NCBI GenBank assembly: GCA_038087875.1
Contig: CM075988.1
Coordinates: 24,120,001-24,184,000, forward strand
Reading direction: 5' to 3'
Source of the DNA: Malacoraja senta
Taxonomy: Eukaryota
Length of the DNA stretch: 64,000 nt
Part shown: one piece after another, positions 12,401-24,874 of the stretch
Position numbering within the stretch: position 1 is the stretch's first letter
Layout of the letters: each line of letters starts with the position of its first letter
Program-made: the position numbers and the translations under genes
The notes under the pieces: generated by a model
What the model saw: only the letters and a program-made list of their open reading frames with translations
Database searches by the model: none
Told to the model about the DNA's origin: nothing

Positions 12401-13047
12401 AATGTTAGCATTCATACCAAAAGGATTTGAGTATAGGAGCAGGGAAGTTCTACTGCAGTTGTACAGGGTCTTGGTGAGACCACACCTGGAGTATTGCATA
12501 CAGTTTTGGTCTCCAAATCTGAGGAAAGACATTTTTGCCATAGAGGGAGTGCAGAGAAGGTTCACCAGACTGATTCCTGGGATGTCAGGACTTTCATATG
12601 TTGAATGACTGGATAGACTCGGCTTGTACTCGCTAGAATTTAGAAGATTGAGGGGGGGTCTTACAGAAACTTACACAATTCTTAAGGGGTTGGACAGGCT
12701 AGATGCAGGAAGATTGTTCCCGATGTTCGGGAAGTCCAGGACAAGGGGTCACAGTTTAAGGATAAAGAGGAAATCTTTTAGGACGGAGATGAGAAAAACA
12801 TTTTTCACACAGAGAGTGGTGATTCTCTGGAATTCTCTGCCACAGAAGATAGATGAGGCCAGTTCATTGGCTATATTTAAGAGGGAGTTAGATGTGGCCC
12901 TTGTGGCTAAAGGGATCAGGGGGTATGGAGAGAAAGCAGGTACAGGATACTGAGTTGGATGATCAGCCATGATCATATTGAATGGCGGTGCAGGCTCGTA
13001 GGGCCGAATGGCCTACTCCTGCACCTATTTTCTATGTTTCTATGTTT
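12401..13047 (+). mobile_element. CR1-clade LINE 3' fragment
   Basis: LYRVLVRPHLEYCIQFWSP...TRGHSLRI...FFTQRVV; (TATGTTTC)n tail. Confidence 0.9.
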
Positions 13048-14032
13048 CTAAAAGATTCAGGGATTAACGGCTTTGTTTTGCAAACGTGGATTTTGAGATT
13101 GTTGGTCTCTGATGTGTTTGTGAGGAATGCAAACAGGCTGTCAGTAACTGCCTGGCCCAACTCAGGCACCAGTTACTGGAGCAAGAGGGCACAGATGGGC
13201 ACAAGGCATCGCTGCACATGCAAATGTGTAGGAAGGAACTGTGGATGCTGCTTTAAACTGAAGATAGACACAAAAAGCTGGAATAACTCAGCGAGACAGG
13301 CAGCATCTGTGGAGAGAAGGAATGAGAGACCCTTCTTCAGTCTGAAACATCACCTATTCCTTTCCCCCCAGAGATGCTGCCAGAGTCTCTTGCCCAGAGC
13401 TGGGGAATCGAGAATCAGGGGACATGTCCTAGGTTTAATGAGAGTTGGGAAAGATTTAATGGAATGGAATGCTATTTATTGTCATTCAAACCTAGTTTTG
13501 AACGAAATATCATTTACTACAGTTTTTTACATTACAAAAAAACCCAAGACCCACACTTAACACAGTTTACATAAACATCCATCACAGTGAGTCTCCAACA
13601 CCTCCTCACTGTGATGGAGGGCAAAGTCTTATCTCTTCCCTTTGTTCTTCTCCCGCGGTCCAGCAGTCCAACTGCAGCGTCGAGGTGAACTGGGGCTCCG
13701 ATGTTAAAGCCCCCGGCGGGCGATGGTAAGTCCTGTGTCCATTTAGCCACGCCGGGTGATGTTAGGCCCCGGCTCCATGTCCTTTAAACCCCGCGGTTCA
13801 AGCAGTCCAACCCGCGGTCCAGCAGTCCAACTGCAGTGTCTAGGCGAACTGGGGCTCCGATGTTAGAGCCCCCGGCGGGCGACGGTAAGTCCCGTGGCCG
13901 CTAACCCGCGCCGGGCCATGTTAGGCCTCGCTCCGTGTCCTTTAAACCCCGCGCGTCCAGCGGGAGCAGTTGTCGTTGCGGGAGCTCTGAAAGCCGTCTC
14001 CCACCAGGGACCTGGAGCTCCCGATGTTCCTG

Positions 14033-14232
14033 NNNNNNNNNNNNNNNNNNNNNNNNNNNNNNNNNNNNNNNNNNNNNNNNNNNNNNNNNNNNNNNNNNNN
14101 NNNNNNNNNNNNNNNNNNNNNNNNNNNNNNNNNNNNNNNNNNNNNNNNNNNNNNNNNNNNNNNNNNNNNNNNNNNNNNNNNNNNNNNNNNNNNNNNNNNN
14201 NNNNNNNNNNNNNNNNNNNNNNNNNNNNNNNN
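14033..14232. other. Assembly gap (200 N)
   Basis: Run of 200 Ns; a round size typical of a scaffolding gap of unknown length. Confidence 1.
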
Positions 14233-14469
14233 GAAAGAAGGGTCTCGACCCGAAACGTCACCCATTGCTTCTCTCCAGAGATGCTGCCGGATCCCGCTGA
14301 GTTACTCCTGCATTTTGTGTCTATCTTCAATTTTCTTGGCCCCGCTCTGGGAGTAGAAGTGGGGGCGGATCCGGATCCACAACGGCCGTGAGCCCCAGGC
14401 CGAGCTCGGCGATCGTTTGCCTGCTTCTGCTGCTGTTGGAGGTGAGACGTTGCATCACGCCAGGGTCTT

Positions 14470-14695
14470 GGGCCTGTCCCACTTTGGCCGCAGTTACGCG
14501 ACAGGCCATTGGCACGTGAAGATTTTGTTCGCTACAAAAATTTCGGAGCCCCGCGCGATGTTGCGCACAACTACATACCCCTCCGCGCTTCTCAGTGGGA
14601 CCGGCCCCGCGCGGCCACACGATGCCCGTGCGCCTCAACGCGACCACGAGGTCGCGTAATTTGCATGCCAAGGACACGCAAGTGGGACAGGGCCT
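14470..14695. mobile_element. Harbinger-type MITE, deleted and inverted relative of 5199-5614
   Basis: GGGCCTGTCCCAC...GTGGGACAGGGCCT; 14515-14695 is the reverse complement of about 5199-5375. Confidence 0.75.
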
Positions 14696-16214
14696 TTACT
14701 GATTGGGATGGAGTGGAGTAAGAGGAGAGAGGGCGAGGTGGAACTAGAAGAGAGAGGAATGAGCGATGAGAGAAAGTGAGGCGGGGGGGGAGGGGTGGGT
14801 TATATATTAATTGCAATCAAAGCATGAAAGGAGGCAAAGATTTGGAGACAAAAGCTGATAAAGGATAGTTAGTCAACCTTGCAAAGTCCTTGTCAGGAAT
14901 GTCTGGGGACCAATATCTAAATTGGACAAGTTGTCACGCTGACAGAGTTGTACGCGGAGAATTATACCCTGCAGCCACAGTGCCAAGCTCGTCAATCACA
15001 ATCCCTGGGTACTACCTGCCCCAGCGGCCCTGCTGACGGGTGGCACCTCTATAGCACGCGGGCACGGAGACTGCAATACTGATCCGCGCTCCCGTGAAGT
15101 CTCGTGACTTCCACACTCCACAGAGACCTGTAGGTTTGTAGGTAAATTGTCCGTGGTGCGTGCAGGGTAAGTGTTAACGTCCGGGGATCGCTGGTCAGTG
15201 CGGACTCGGTGGGCTGAAGGGCCTGTTTCCGCGCTGTATCTCTAAACTAAACCACACCTAACCTAAACAAATAAATGTGAAAGAGGTCAGAGTCCCAAGG
15301 AATAAATGAACGGTGTACTTGCATGCAAGTCCTATGCTGAAACACAACGCGTTGTACTCTGTATTTCAGTGGCAACTGATTGGGAAAGGTTCAGAAAACA
15401 TCACGTTGAACCGAATGTTTCTTATTCCAATTGAACTGAATGTTTTTATTCCTGACATTTGGTTAATTAATGGATCACATAACCTTAAACGATCGTCAAC
15501 TCGGGATTAGCAATACAAACTGCTTCAGTGTTGTGCATAAGCTGTACATGTATCGCAAAACTCACCATAAATAAACGCTAAAATACAACGCTCAATAGTC
15601 TTTTCAATAATTTACAGTGAAGGATGATCATTATCCAAGCCGGACACAGGCAAAGGTTGTCAAGAATGAAGCCATTTTGCAGATTACACAAAGCTGGGTG
15701 GCAGTGTGAACTGTGAGGAGGATGCGATGAGTCTGTAGGCCGACTTGGGCAGGTTGGGTGAGTGGGCAGAGGCATGGCAGATACACACAAAAAGCTGGAG
15801 TAACTGAGCGGGACAGGCAGCATCTCTGGAGAGAAGGAACGGGTGACGTTTCGGATCGAGACCCTTCTTCACACTAGTCAGGGTAAAGTGAAACGCGAGA
15901 TATACGACGATGATGTAGAGAGATAAAGAACAATGAAAGAAAGATGTGTAAAAAAGTAACACGACAGAAACATGGAAAATAGGTGCAGGAGGAGGCCATT
16001 CGGCCCTTCGAGCCAGCACCGCCATTCATTGTGATCATGGCTGATCATCCCCAATCAATAACCCGTGCCTGCCTTCTCCCCATATCCCTTGACTCCACCA
16101 GCCCCTAGAGCTCTATCTAACTCTCTCTTAAATCCATCCAGTGACTTGGCCTCCACTGCCCTCTGTGGCAGAGAATTCCACAAATTCACAATTCTCTGGG
16201 TGGAAACAGTTTTT

Positions 16215-16430
16215 TCTCACCTCAGTCTTAAATGGCCTCCCCCTTTATTCCCCTTTGATAAAGGAAACAGGCCATAGTTAGCGGTTTGTCGGGTGAAAAC
16301 GAGAAGCTGGTGCGACTTGGGTGGGGGAGGGAAGGGGAAGAGAGAGGGAATGCCGGGGTTACTTGAAGTGAGAGCAAGCGACCACTGGGCTGTAAGCTGC
16401 AAAATATGAGATGCTGCTCCTCCAATTAAC
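16215..16430 (-). mobile_element. Penelope-like endonuclease C-terminal fragment
   Basis: Translation EEQHLIFCSLQPSG resembles EEMHLIFRLGSLHPGG at the end of the 38158-39215 ORF. Confidence 0.65.
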
Positions 16431-17418
16431 AGCGACCCACTTGTTTCAGAGAGACTGACAGTGCCCTAGCCCACCGACGGTGAATGGGCGCCAGGGCTGG
16501 AGAATTCCACAGCTCACTGGAGCGTTGTTCTTGCCCACGCGGCTGAGATGATGCGCTGCTGTGTTTCTCGGCCGGGAGAGCCCATGCATCCTTGTTTTAG
16601 TAAATGTCAAACGCTGGTTAATAGCCGAGGCCCTCAGTCACGTCACGATACCGGCAGCTGCTGACTTTCATTCGACTCCTACAGTTAAATAGGCAACTGA
16701 TGAACACATCAGAATGCACGGCGGAGAAACGCACCATCTGCCCACAAAGAACCACAAACTCTATCCGCAGCTGGACGCACAGGGCAAGATTTCATTTTGT
16801 TTCTTCTCTCGTCCCCAACCAAAAATACTCATGCGGCAATCTAAGTACAGACATACTACCCCAAAATGCACAATGGTGCTATTTCATGGCTGACATTAAC
16901 TAGATGAAGTACCCTCTTCTTTAGTCTGAGGATGGTGAATCTGTGGAATTCATTGCCACAGACAGCTGGGGCAGCTAAGTCAATGGATATTATTAAGGCA
17001 GAGATTGATAAGGATTCTTGATTAGCCAGGGGTTATGGGGACAAGTTTCAGTTTGGTTTACAGTGAAAAGCTCTTTGTCACCTGCTAACCAGTCAGCGGA
17101 AAGACAATACATGATCACGATCGGGTCGTCCACAGGGAACAGATACATGACAAAGGGAATAATGTTTAGTGCAAGATAAGGTCCAGTAAGGCAGGAGAAA
17201 GGGGTTGGGAGGGAGAGATAGACCAGTCATGATTGAATGGCGGAGTGGACTTGATGGGCTGAATGGCCTATAACTTCTGAACGTATGAGCAGGTGAATAC
17301 AAACTCGAGCATTGCAGTTCGTGCCTGGATCCCGTGCGTGTGTGGAAGTGTGTGAGAACATGTTGCATGGACTTCGGATGAGCCGGGAATCGGAGGTGGT
17401 GATCCTCGAAGCAGAGTT

Positions 17419-17916
17419 AGACAATAGACAATAGGTGCAGGAACAGGCCATTCGGCCCTTCGAGCCAGCACCGCCATTCAATGTGATCATGGCTGATCAT
17501 CCCCAATCAGTACCCCGTTCCTGCCTTCTCCCCATATCCCCTGACTCCGCTATTTTTAAGAGCCCTATCAAGCTCTCTCTTGAAAGCATCCAGAGAACCT
17601 GCCTCCACCGCCCTCTGAGGCAGAGAATTCCACAGACTCACCACTCTCTGTGAGAAAAAGTGTTTCCTCGTCTCCGTTCTAAATGGCTTACTCCTTATTC
17701 TTAAACTGTGGCCCCTGGTTCTGGACTCCCCCAACATCAGGAACATGTTTCCTGCCTCTAGCGTGTCCAAGCCCTTAACAATCTTATATGTTTCAATGAG
17801 ATTCCCTCTCAACCTTCTAAACTCCAGAGTGTACAAGCCCAGCTGCTCCATTCTCTCAGCATATGACAGTCCCGCCATCCCGGGCATTAACCGTGTAAAC
17901 CTACGCTGCACTCCCT
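17419..17916 (-). mobile_element. Young CR1 3' fragment
   Basis: ORF 17507-17911 is a CR1 ORF2 C-terminus; (ATTGTCT)n tail. Confidence 0.9.
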
Positions 17917-18593
17917 CAAATGCTTTTTCCCTCAGCCGAGTAAAACAAGGTCAAGGCGGACGCGGAGATCGATCCAGCTCCATCCATCGAGTAAACCAAA
18001 TGAAAATAAGCATTTGTGTGCCCTGCAGCCGTCTCCATTGAGTTCAGGAAGAAAGGGAGAGCAGGGATAGAACCCTGACCTGCATAATGTGCGGCAGCAG
18101 AGATACTCGATGAACGCAAATGTGCCTCACACACACTGCACATGAAGCTACTCACTGGTCAATGATCCAGGCTCAATCCAGAATACAAATGTGGAGCGTT
18201 TGTTCATGTCCAGGGCTATTCCCAGCCCACTCACGTAAAAAAGCTCGAGAAAACACATCCCTTCCGAAGGAACCCTTCCTTCACCATTGCCCCGTTAATT
18301 GTGAATCCAAATGTGGTCAAGCACATTTGTTGCAGGAAGGAACTGCAGACGCTGGTTTGAAAGGGAGACACAAAATGCTGGAGTAACTCAGCGGGACAGG
18401 CAGCATCTCCGGAGAGAAGGAATGGGCGACGTTGCGGGTCGAGACCCTTTCTTTACATTTGTCGTCAGCCACCGGTAAGAGATGGTGGTCGTGTGATCTC
18501 CTCGTTCATGCAGAGTGCAACCATGAACCTGAACCTCTTGAGTGTTGGTAAAATGGGGGAAACAAATGGAAGAGGCAGAGGATGTGTTGTAGT

Positions 18594-18981
18594 CAATAGA
18601 CAATAGACAATAGACAATAGGTGCAGGAGTAGGCCATTCGGCCCTTCGAGCCAGCACCGCCATTCAATGTGATCATGGCTGATCATCCCCAATCAGTACC
18701 CCGTTCCTGCCTTCTCCACATATCCCCTGACTCTGCTATTTTTAAGAGCCCTATCTAGCTCTCTCTTGAAAGCATCCAGAGAACCTGCCTCCACCGCCCT
18801 CTGAGGCAGAGAATTCCACAGACTCACCACTCTCTGTGAGAAAAAGTGTTTCCTCGTCTCCGTTCTAAATGGCTTACCCCTTATTCTTAAACTGTGGCCC
18901 CTGGTTCTGGACTCTCCCAACACCGGGAACATGTTTCCTGCCTCTAGCGTGTCCAAGCCCTTAACAATCTTATATGTTTCA
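18594..18981 (-). mobile_element. Young CR1 3' fragment
   Basis: Same subfamily sequence and tail. Confidence 0.9.
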
Positions 18982-21442
18982 TTAGTCGTTGAGTGACTTG
19001 CTCCCATGGTCACTGAATGGTGGCCTTATTCTGCTGCTGTGTCTCATGGTCTTATAACTGGAGGATGGAGTGGACCCACTCACATACTTCCCCTTCAAGA
19101 AACTCCTGCGCCAGGAATCTGTGGAGGTCTGTGTGGCTCCCACGTTGGTTTTGAGTTCTGATGCGCCAGTTGAGCTCAGGGCAGTTTAGTTTAGTTTCCA
19201 GCACATTAACACCATCCTACACACACTCGGGACAATTTTTACATTTACCAAGACAATTAACCTGCAAACCTGCACGTCTTTGGGAGTGTTGGAGGAATCC
19301 GAAGATTGGGGAGGAAACCCACGCAGGTCGGGATCGAACCCGAATTTAAGAATAAGGAGTAAGCCATTTAGAACGGAGACGAGGAAACACTTTTTCTCAC
19401 AGAGTGTGGTGAGTCTGTGGAATTCTCTGCCTCAGAGGGCGGTGGAGGCGGGTTCTCTGGATGCTTTCAAGAGAGAGCTAGATAGGGCTCTTAAAAATAG
19501 CGGAGTCAGGGGATATGGGGAGAAGGCAGGAACGGGGTACTGATTGGGGATGATCAGCCATGATCGCATTGAATGGCGGTGCTGGCTCGTAGGGCCAAAT
19601 GGCCTACTCCTGCACCTATTGTCTATTGAACCCGGGTCTCCGCGGCTGTAAGGCAACAACTCTACCGCTGCGCCACCATGGCTGCACTCGTAGAAGTCAT
19701 CCTCGATCGCAAAGGTGGTGATGGTGCCGGTAATCAACGTAGGACATTAAGGATTCTCAATATTTGCAAATTCAATTTCCGTTGAATGACAGGGCCACCT
19801 GAAGGATAATTGTACAGGCTGGTGAAATGATAGTTGTCCAGTACAGTTTGGCGATTATCGTGCTGCTACCGGCAGGCTTCCATCACCTTCTCCTCCTTCA
19901 AATATGAAGACATATCATCGCTGCTTCGTTTGACTTCAGCAGCACCCATTTGTAAACAGTTTCCCAAACGGATTAGCTGCAAGCATTGAGTGTTCACCAG
20001 GCGTAACAATTATCAGCATTCACCAGGAAGAGTCCCAACCTGAAGCATCACCCATCCTTTTTCTCCACAGATGCTGCCTGACCGGCTGAGTTACTCCAGC
20101 ACTTTGTGTCCATCTTTGGTATAGACCAACATCTGCAGTTCCTTTCTGTACACCAGGTCTGTCTGTTTCAGTCCAGGTGTGAAGAAGAGTCTTGACCCTA
20201 GACATCACCTATCCATGTCCTCCAGAGATGCTGCCTGACCCGCTGAGTTACTCCAGCACTTTGTGACTTTCGTAAACCAGCGTCTGTAGTTCTTGGTTTA
20301 TGTGTGTGTGTGTGTCCTTCCTAAATTATTGCAATATTGGGAGACATGGTGTTGGAAGAACCACTGCCTTTTTTGGCAAGGGCCAGGAATCAAATGTTCT
20401 GCATTTCCCTCCCCAAACATTTAAGCCTTATATTTATTATTCCGCAAGTTACTGAATCACACACAGGTCACCACCTCAGCTAATTACTGGAGCAAGCTCC
20501 TAATGGCATTATTTCCACATCTCATCATGACTTCAAGCTTACTAAAGTAATTATATTCAGCGATATTGAGAAGCTGGAGAGAGCATGGATCAATAGATCC
20601 CCTTGTGGCATCATGCTCATTCATTTGCACGTATGTGCGTGCATGCACACACGTGCTCTGTGCGAGTTCAACTCTGACACACAAACGATTTAGTAATAAA
20701 TCGCAGTGTTTATTGTAAATTTAAATTAGTTTAGTTTCGAGATACAGTGCAGAAACGGGCCCTCTGGCCCACCGAGTCCGCTTCGACCAGCGATCCCCGC
20801 ACAACAAGATTATCTGACACGCACTCGGGCCAATTTACAACTTGCCAAGCCAATTAGCCGACAAACCTGCTCGTCTTTGTAGCAACTCTACCGCTGTGCC
20901 AACATAACAGTGGATAAAGGAAGATCAAAATGGCAGAAAACACATTTCCATTGAACCTGCGATAAAGGAAATGTATCTCAGCTCTCACAAGAGAGTTATG
21001 AATCTGTGGAATGCTCTGCCTCAGAAGACAGTGGAGGCCAACTCTCTGGATGCTTTCAAGAGAGAGTTAGATAGGGCTCTTAAAGATAGCAGAGTCAGGG
21101 GATATGGTGAGAAGGCAGGAACGGGGTACAGATTGTGGATGATCAGCCATGATCACAATGAATGGCGGTGCTGGCTCGAAGGGCCCAATGGCCTACTCCT
21201 GCACCTATTGTCTATTGTCTCTCAGTGAAGAGTTAGAATCCAGAATCAAGCAACTGGGTTGGAGTGGGATTCGAGTCACAGGCAGGCCCAAGTAGGCAAA
21301 AACGAATTGACAGATGTTTAAAGGAAATGTGAAGGGAAGCTTTTAGTTTTTACACACAGAGGGAGGTGGGTGCCCAGTACACACTGCCAATGGTGCAGAT
21401 TGAGGCAGATATGTTAGTGGTGTTTAAGTGGATTTTTAGTTA

Positions 21443-21834
21443 AGCCCCTGTCCCACTTAGGAGACCTAAACAGCAACCTCTGGTGACCTTGCCCGCCACC
21501 CAAAAAAAAAATCAAGGTGGAGGTGACCTGCAACCTCCTACCACCTCCCAGGCATTTGTTGAAAACCTTCCTCGACTATGTAGAAAACCGGCTTCGACTA
21601 GACCTGCGACTAAAAAATTATCGATTTTTAAAACTGCAACATATTTTTGGTCGAGGCCGGTTTTAATCACGATGAAAAAATAGCAGCAACCTAGATGAAG
21701 CCTCGACCACCGCGGAAACCACTTTCGACCATTAGGGAGAGTGACCAAAACCTCCGGTGACCTCATGAAAACCTTGGGTGGCAGGCAAGGTCACCAGAGG
21801 TTGCTGTTTAGGTCTCCTAAGTGGGACACGGGCT
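21443..21834. mobile_element. Harbinger-type MITE with about 59-bp TIRs
   Basis: TTA-AGCCCCTGTCCCACTTAGGAGACCTAAACAGCAACCTCTGGTGACCTTGCC...GTGGGACACGGGCT-TTA; splits an older CR1 tail. Confidence 0.88.
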
Positions 21835-22680
21835 TTAGGCACATGGATCTGCATGGAATGGAGGAACATGGATCACGAGCAGTCCGGGAGGTCAGTTTAA
21901 CTTGGCATCATGCTGGACACAGATATTGTGGGGCCTAATGGGTCATTTCCTGTGAAGATAGACACAAAGTGCTGGAGTAACTCAGCGGGACAGGCAGCAT
22001 CTCTGGAGAGAAGGAATGGGTGACGTTTAGGGTGGAGACCCTCGTGCTGTATAGCTCTATGTTCTAGAATGTATAAGAAAGAACTGCAGATGCTGGTTAA
22101 AATCGAAGGTAGACACAAAATGCTGGAGTAACTGAAGGGTCTCGACCCGAAACGCCGCCCATTCCTTCTCTCCAGAGATGCTGCCTGTCCCGCTGAGTTA
22201 CGCCAGCATTTTGCGTAAACCTAGATCTATGTTCTGTTTTTTTCTTCATCAAGGGACACCTGTTAATCAGTTGGGCGTCACAACAAAGAGACTCATTGCC
22301 ACCTTTATTGATTCAGGCGGTATAAAAAAAACCAAATATAATTCTCAAATTACCAGGGAGAGATGAATCATCAACTGACCAGTCTGGTTGTCTAACAAGA
22401 GAATCACTGTAAAAACACTCCTATTTACAAGCTGACGCAAGATAAGTTTATTAGTTTAGAGATACAGCACAGAAACGGGCCCTTCGGCCCACCGAGTCTG
22501 CACTGACCAGCGATCCCCGCACACTAATACTATCCTACACACACTGGGGACAATTTACAATTTTACCAAAGCCAATTAGCCTACCTTTGGAGTGTGGGAG
22601 GAAACCAGAGCAACCGGAGAAAACTCATTAAAGGCCAACTTCCCTCCTGGGATATATAAAGTTCTACTTTAGTCTTCAGT

Positions 22681-22708
22681 CTGAAGAAGGGTCTTCACCC
22701 GAAACGTC
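22681..22708 (+). ncRNA. Minimal hammerhead motif in a solo Penelope-derived repeat
   Basis: CTGAAGA-A-GGGT(CTTC)ACCC-GAAA-C-GTC. Confidence 0.6.
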
Positions 22709-23007
22709 ACCCATTCCTTCCCTCCAGAGATGCTGACTGACCCGCTGAGTTACTCCAGCTGTTTGTGTCTATCTTCGGTGTAAACCAGCATCTGCAGTTC
22801 CTTCCTACACAATGAATGAAGTTAATGGATTCATATTATACTGGGATTGTTCTGCGCTTGTAGTTGTCACACAGAACCAGAGCTACTGATAATAGTGAAC
22901 AGGACCTGGTGTCACTGGTGATTGTGATCAGCATTCAGAGTCACGAGTAACAGTAAGAATAATTCACACTCGCACCTGGAGGTGCAAGTGTGTGGAATTA
23001 TCTGCCT

Positions 23008-23438
23008 CAATAGACAATAGGTGCAGGAGTAGGCCATTTGGCCCTTTGAGCCAGCACCGCCATTCAATGTGATCATGGCTGATCATCCCCAATCAGTACC
23101 CTGTTCCTGCCTTCTCCCCATATCCCCTGACTCCGCTATTTTTAAGAGCCCTATCGAGCTCTCTCTTGAAAGTATCCAGAGAACCTGCCTCCACCGCCCT
23201 CTGAGGCAGAGAATTCCACAGACTCACCACTCTCTGTGAGAAAAAGTGTTTCCTCGTCTCCGTTCTAGGGCATCAGAGGGCATCTGTTCTAGGGCATCTG
23301 AAAAATAGCGGAGTCAGGGGATATGGGGAGAAGGCAGGAACGGGGTACTGATTGGGGATGATCAGCCTTGATCACATTGAAAAGCGGTGCTGGCTCGAAG
23401 GGCCAAATGGCCTACTCCTGCACCTATTGTCTATTGTC
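23008..23438. mobile_element. Two CR1 3' ends in inverted orientation (23008-23267 minus; 23301-23438 plus)
   Basis: About 135-bp reverse-complementary arms, each ending in the ATTGTCT tail. Confidence 0.85.
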
Positions 23439-23613
23439 AGTCAGTCATAGTCATACATTTATGCCTGTCCCGCTGAGTTACTCCAGCATTTTGTGTTTAT
23501 CTTCGATTTAAACCAGCACCTGCAGTTCCTTCCCTGCACGTAAATACAGTTCTATGGGGTAGTGGTTCTACCGTAAGGTGGAGTTTGTCCAATGGACACC
23601 GGCCGGCACTTAC

Positions 23614-23964
23614 CGAAGACAGTGAGGTTGACCTGGCTCTCTCTGTTTCCGGTTGGGAAGGTCGCAAACTCACAGATGTACACTCCCTCGTCCATGAGCT
23701 CCAGCCTGGACATCTCAATGGTGGCGTCGCTGAGAGAGGGGTTCTTGAAGGAGACTCTGTGCTTGTACGGCGGCAGGACGGACTCGCCCATCGTGGGGTG
23801 GTAGATGGCGATGTTCTGCTTCGATCCGTTGGTCGCCTTCTGCCATGTCACCTGCGTGATTTTGATGGTGGGGTCGTTGTTGACGAAGGTGCATCGCAAC
23901 ACCACGCTGGTGCCGATAAACGCCGACAAGCTCTCGTCCACTGTCACGGTCTGCGCCTGGAAAA
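23614..23964 (-). CDS. nectin1: nectin-1 (PVRL1) internal exon encoding the N-terminal Ig V-set domain (probable exon 2)
   Basis: Translation FQAQTVTVDESLSAFIGTSVVLRCTF...KITQVTWQKATNGSKQNIAIY...DEGVYICEFATFPTGNRESQVNLTVF matches the nectin-1 V domain as I recall it (ITQVTWQK, EFATFPTGNRESQ). Donor G|GTAAGT at 23614/23613. Acceptor TTGTAG|TT at 23965/23964, with a CTAAC branch-point-like motif at 23984-23988. Length 351 bp, phase 1/1 as expected for an Ig exon. Confidence 0.93.
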
Positions 23965-24006
23965 CTACAACAACACACCCCTCGTTAGAAGTCAGTCGGA
24001 ATAATC

Positions 24007-24513
24007 GACAATAGACAATAGGTGCAGGAGTAGGCCATTCGGCCCTTCGACCCAGCACCGACATTCAATGTGATCATGGCTGATCATCCCCAATCAGTAC
24101 CCCGTTCCTGCCTTCTCCCCATATCCCCTGACTCTGCTATCTTTAAGAGCCCTATGTAGCTCTCTCTTGAAAGCATCCAGAGAACCGGCCTCCACCGCCC
24201 TCTCCCCATATCTCCTGACTCCGCTATTTTTCAGAGCCCTATCAAGCTCTCTCTTGAAAGCATCCAGTGAATTGGCCTCCACTGCCTCCGAGGCAGAGAA
24301 TTCCACAGATTCACAACCCTCTGTGTGAAAAAGTTTTTCCTCATCTCCGTTCTATGGCTTACCCCTTATTCTTAAACTGTGACCCCTGGTTCTGGACTCC
24401 CCCAAGATCAGGGACATGTTTCCTGCCTCTAGCCTGTCCAAACCCTTAATAATCTTATATGTTACAATAAGATCTCCTCTCATCCTCCTAAATTCCAGAG
24501 TATACAAGCCCAG
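24007..24513 (-). mobile_element. CR1 3' fragment with an internal tandem duplication; its tail ends about 40 bp before the nectin1 acceptor
   Basis: The AVEAGSLDAFKRELDRALK unit is present twice (ORF 24094-24306). Confidence 0.85.
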
Positions 24514-24548
24514 CTAACAGCTACGTGCACGGTTCTTCATATGACTAA

Positions 24549-24690
24549 AGGGCCTGTCCCATTTACGCGATTTTATTCGGCAACTTGCCGGCACCCGTCA
24601 TGGTCCGCTGGGTGACGCCTGTGTGGACGTGAGTAGTCACCCAAAGAGTCGTACCTTTTTCTGATCGCTGCTGGATCAGCCACCTGCCAT
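24549..24690. mobile_element. Truncated Harbinger-type MITE (left end only)
   Basis: TAA-AGGGCCTGTCCCAT; the interior matches the reverse complement of about 56366-56432. Confidence 0.6.
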
Positions 24691-24874
24691 GACTATGACT
24701 GGTGCCCTTAACGCACACACAAAGCATTGGTCCCAAAGGACTTGGCAGCCTCGGAAGGGGCCAGAGCGTGTCGCTACATTGGTTCCTTGATGGCAAGTAC
24801 AGGCACAGACAATGCCTATCAACGCAGCATCTGTACAAGCAGAGGGCTTCAACCCAAGAACAGCTGTGTTACTG

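Noticed and set aside
13863..14391. ORFs spanning the N run
   Set aside because: Artefacts of translating through the gap.
17507..17911. Repeated TRGHSLRI/FFSQRVV ORFs as a gene family
   Set aside because: They are 5'-truncated CR1 ORF2 ends with microsatellite tails.
19685..20020. Coding-looking unique stretch as a possible nectin exon 3
   Set aside because: The minus-strand frames I translated contain stops and show no Ig C-domain pattern.
23552..24064. 170-aa ORF as a complete gene
   Set aside because: Its N-terminus is CR1 tail plus intron and its C-terminus reads through the GT donor; only 23614-23964 is exon.
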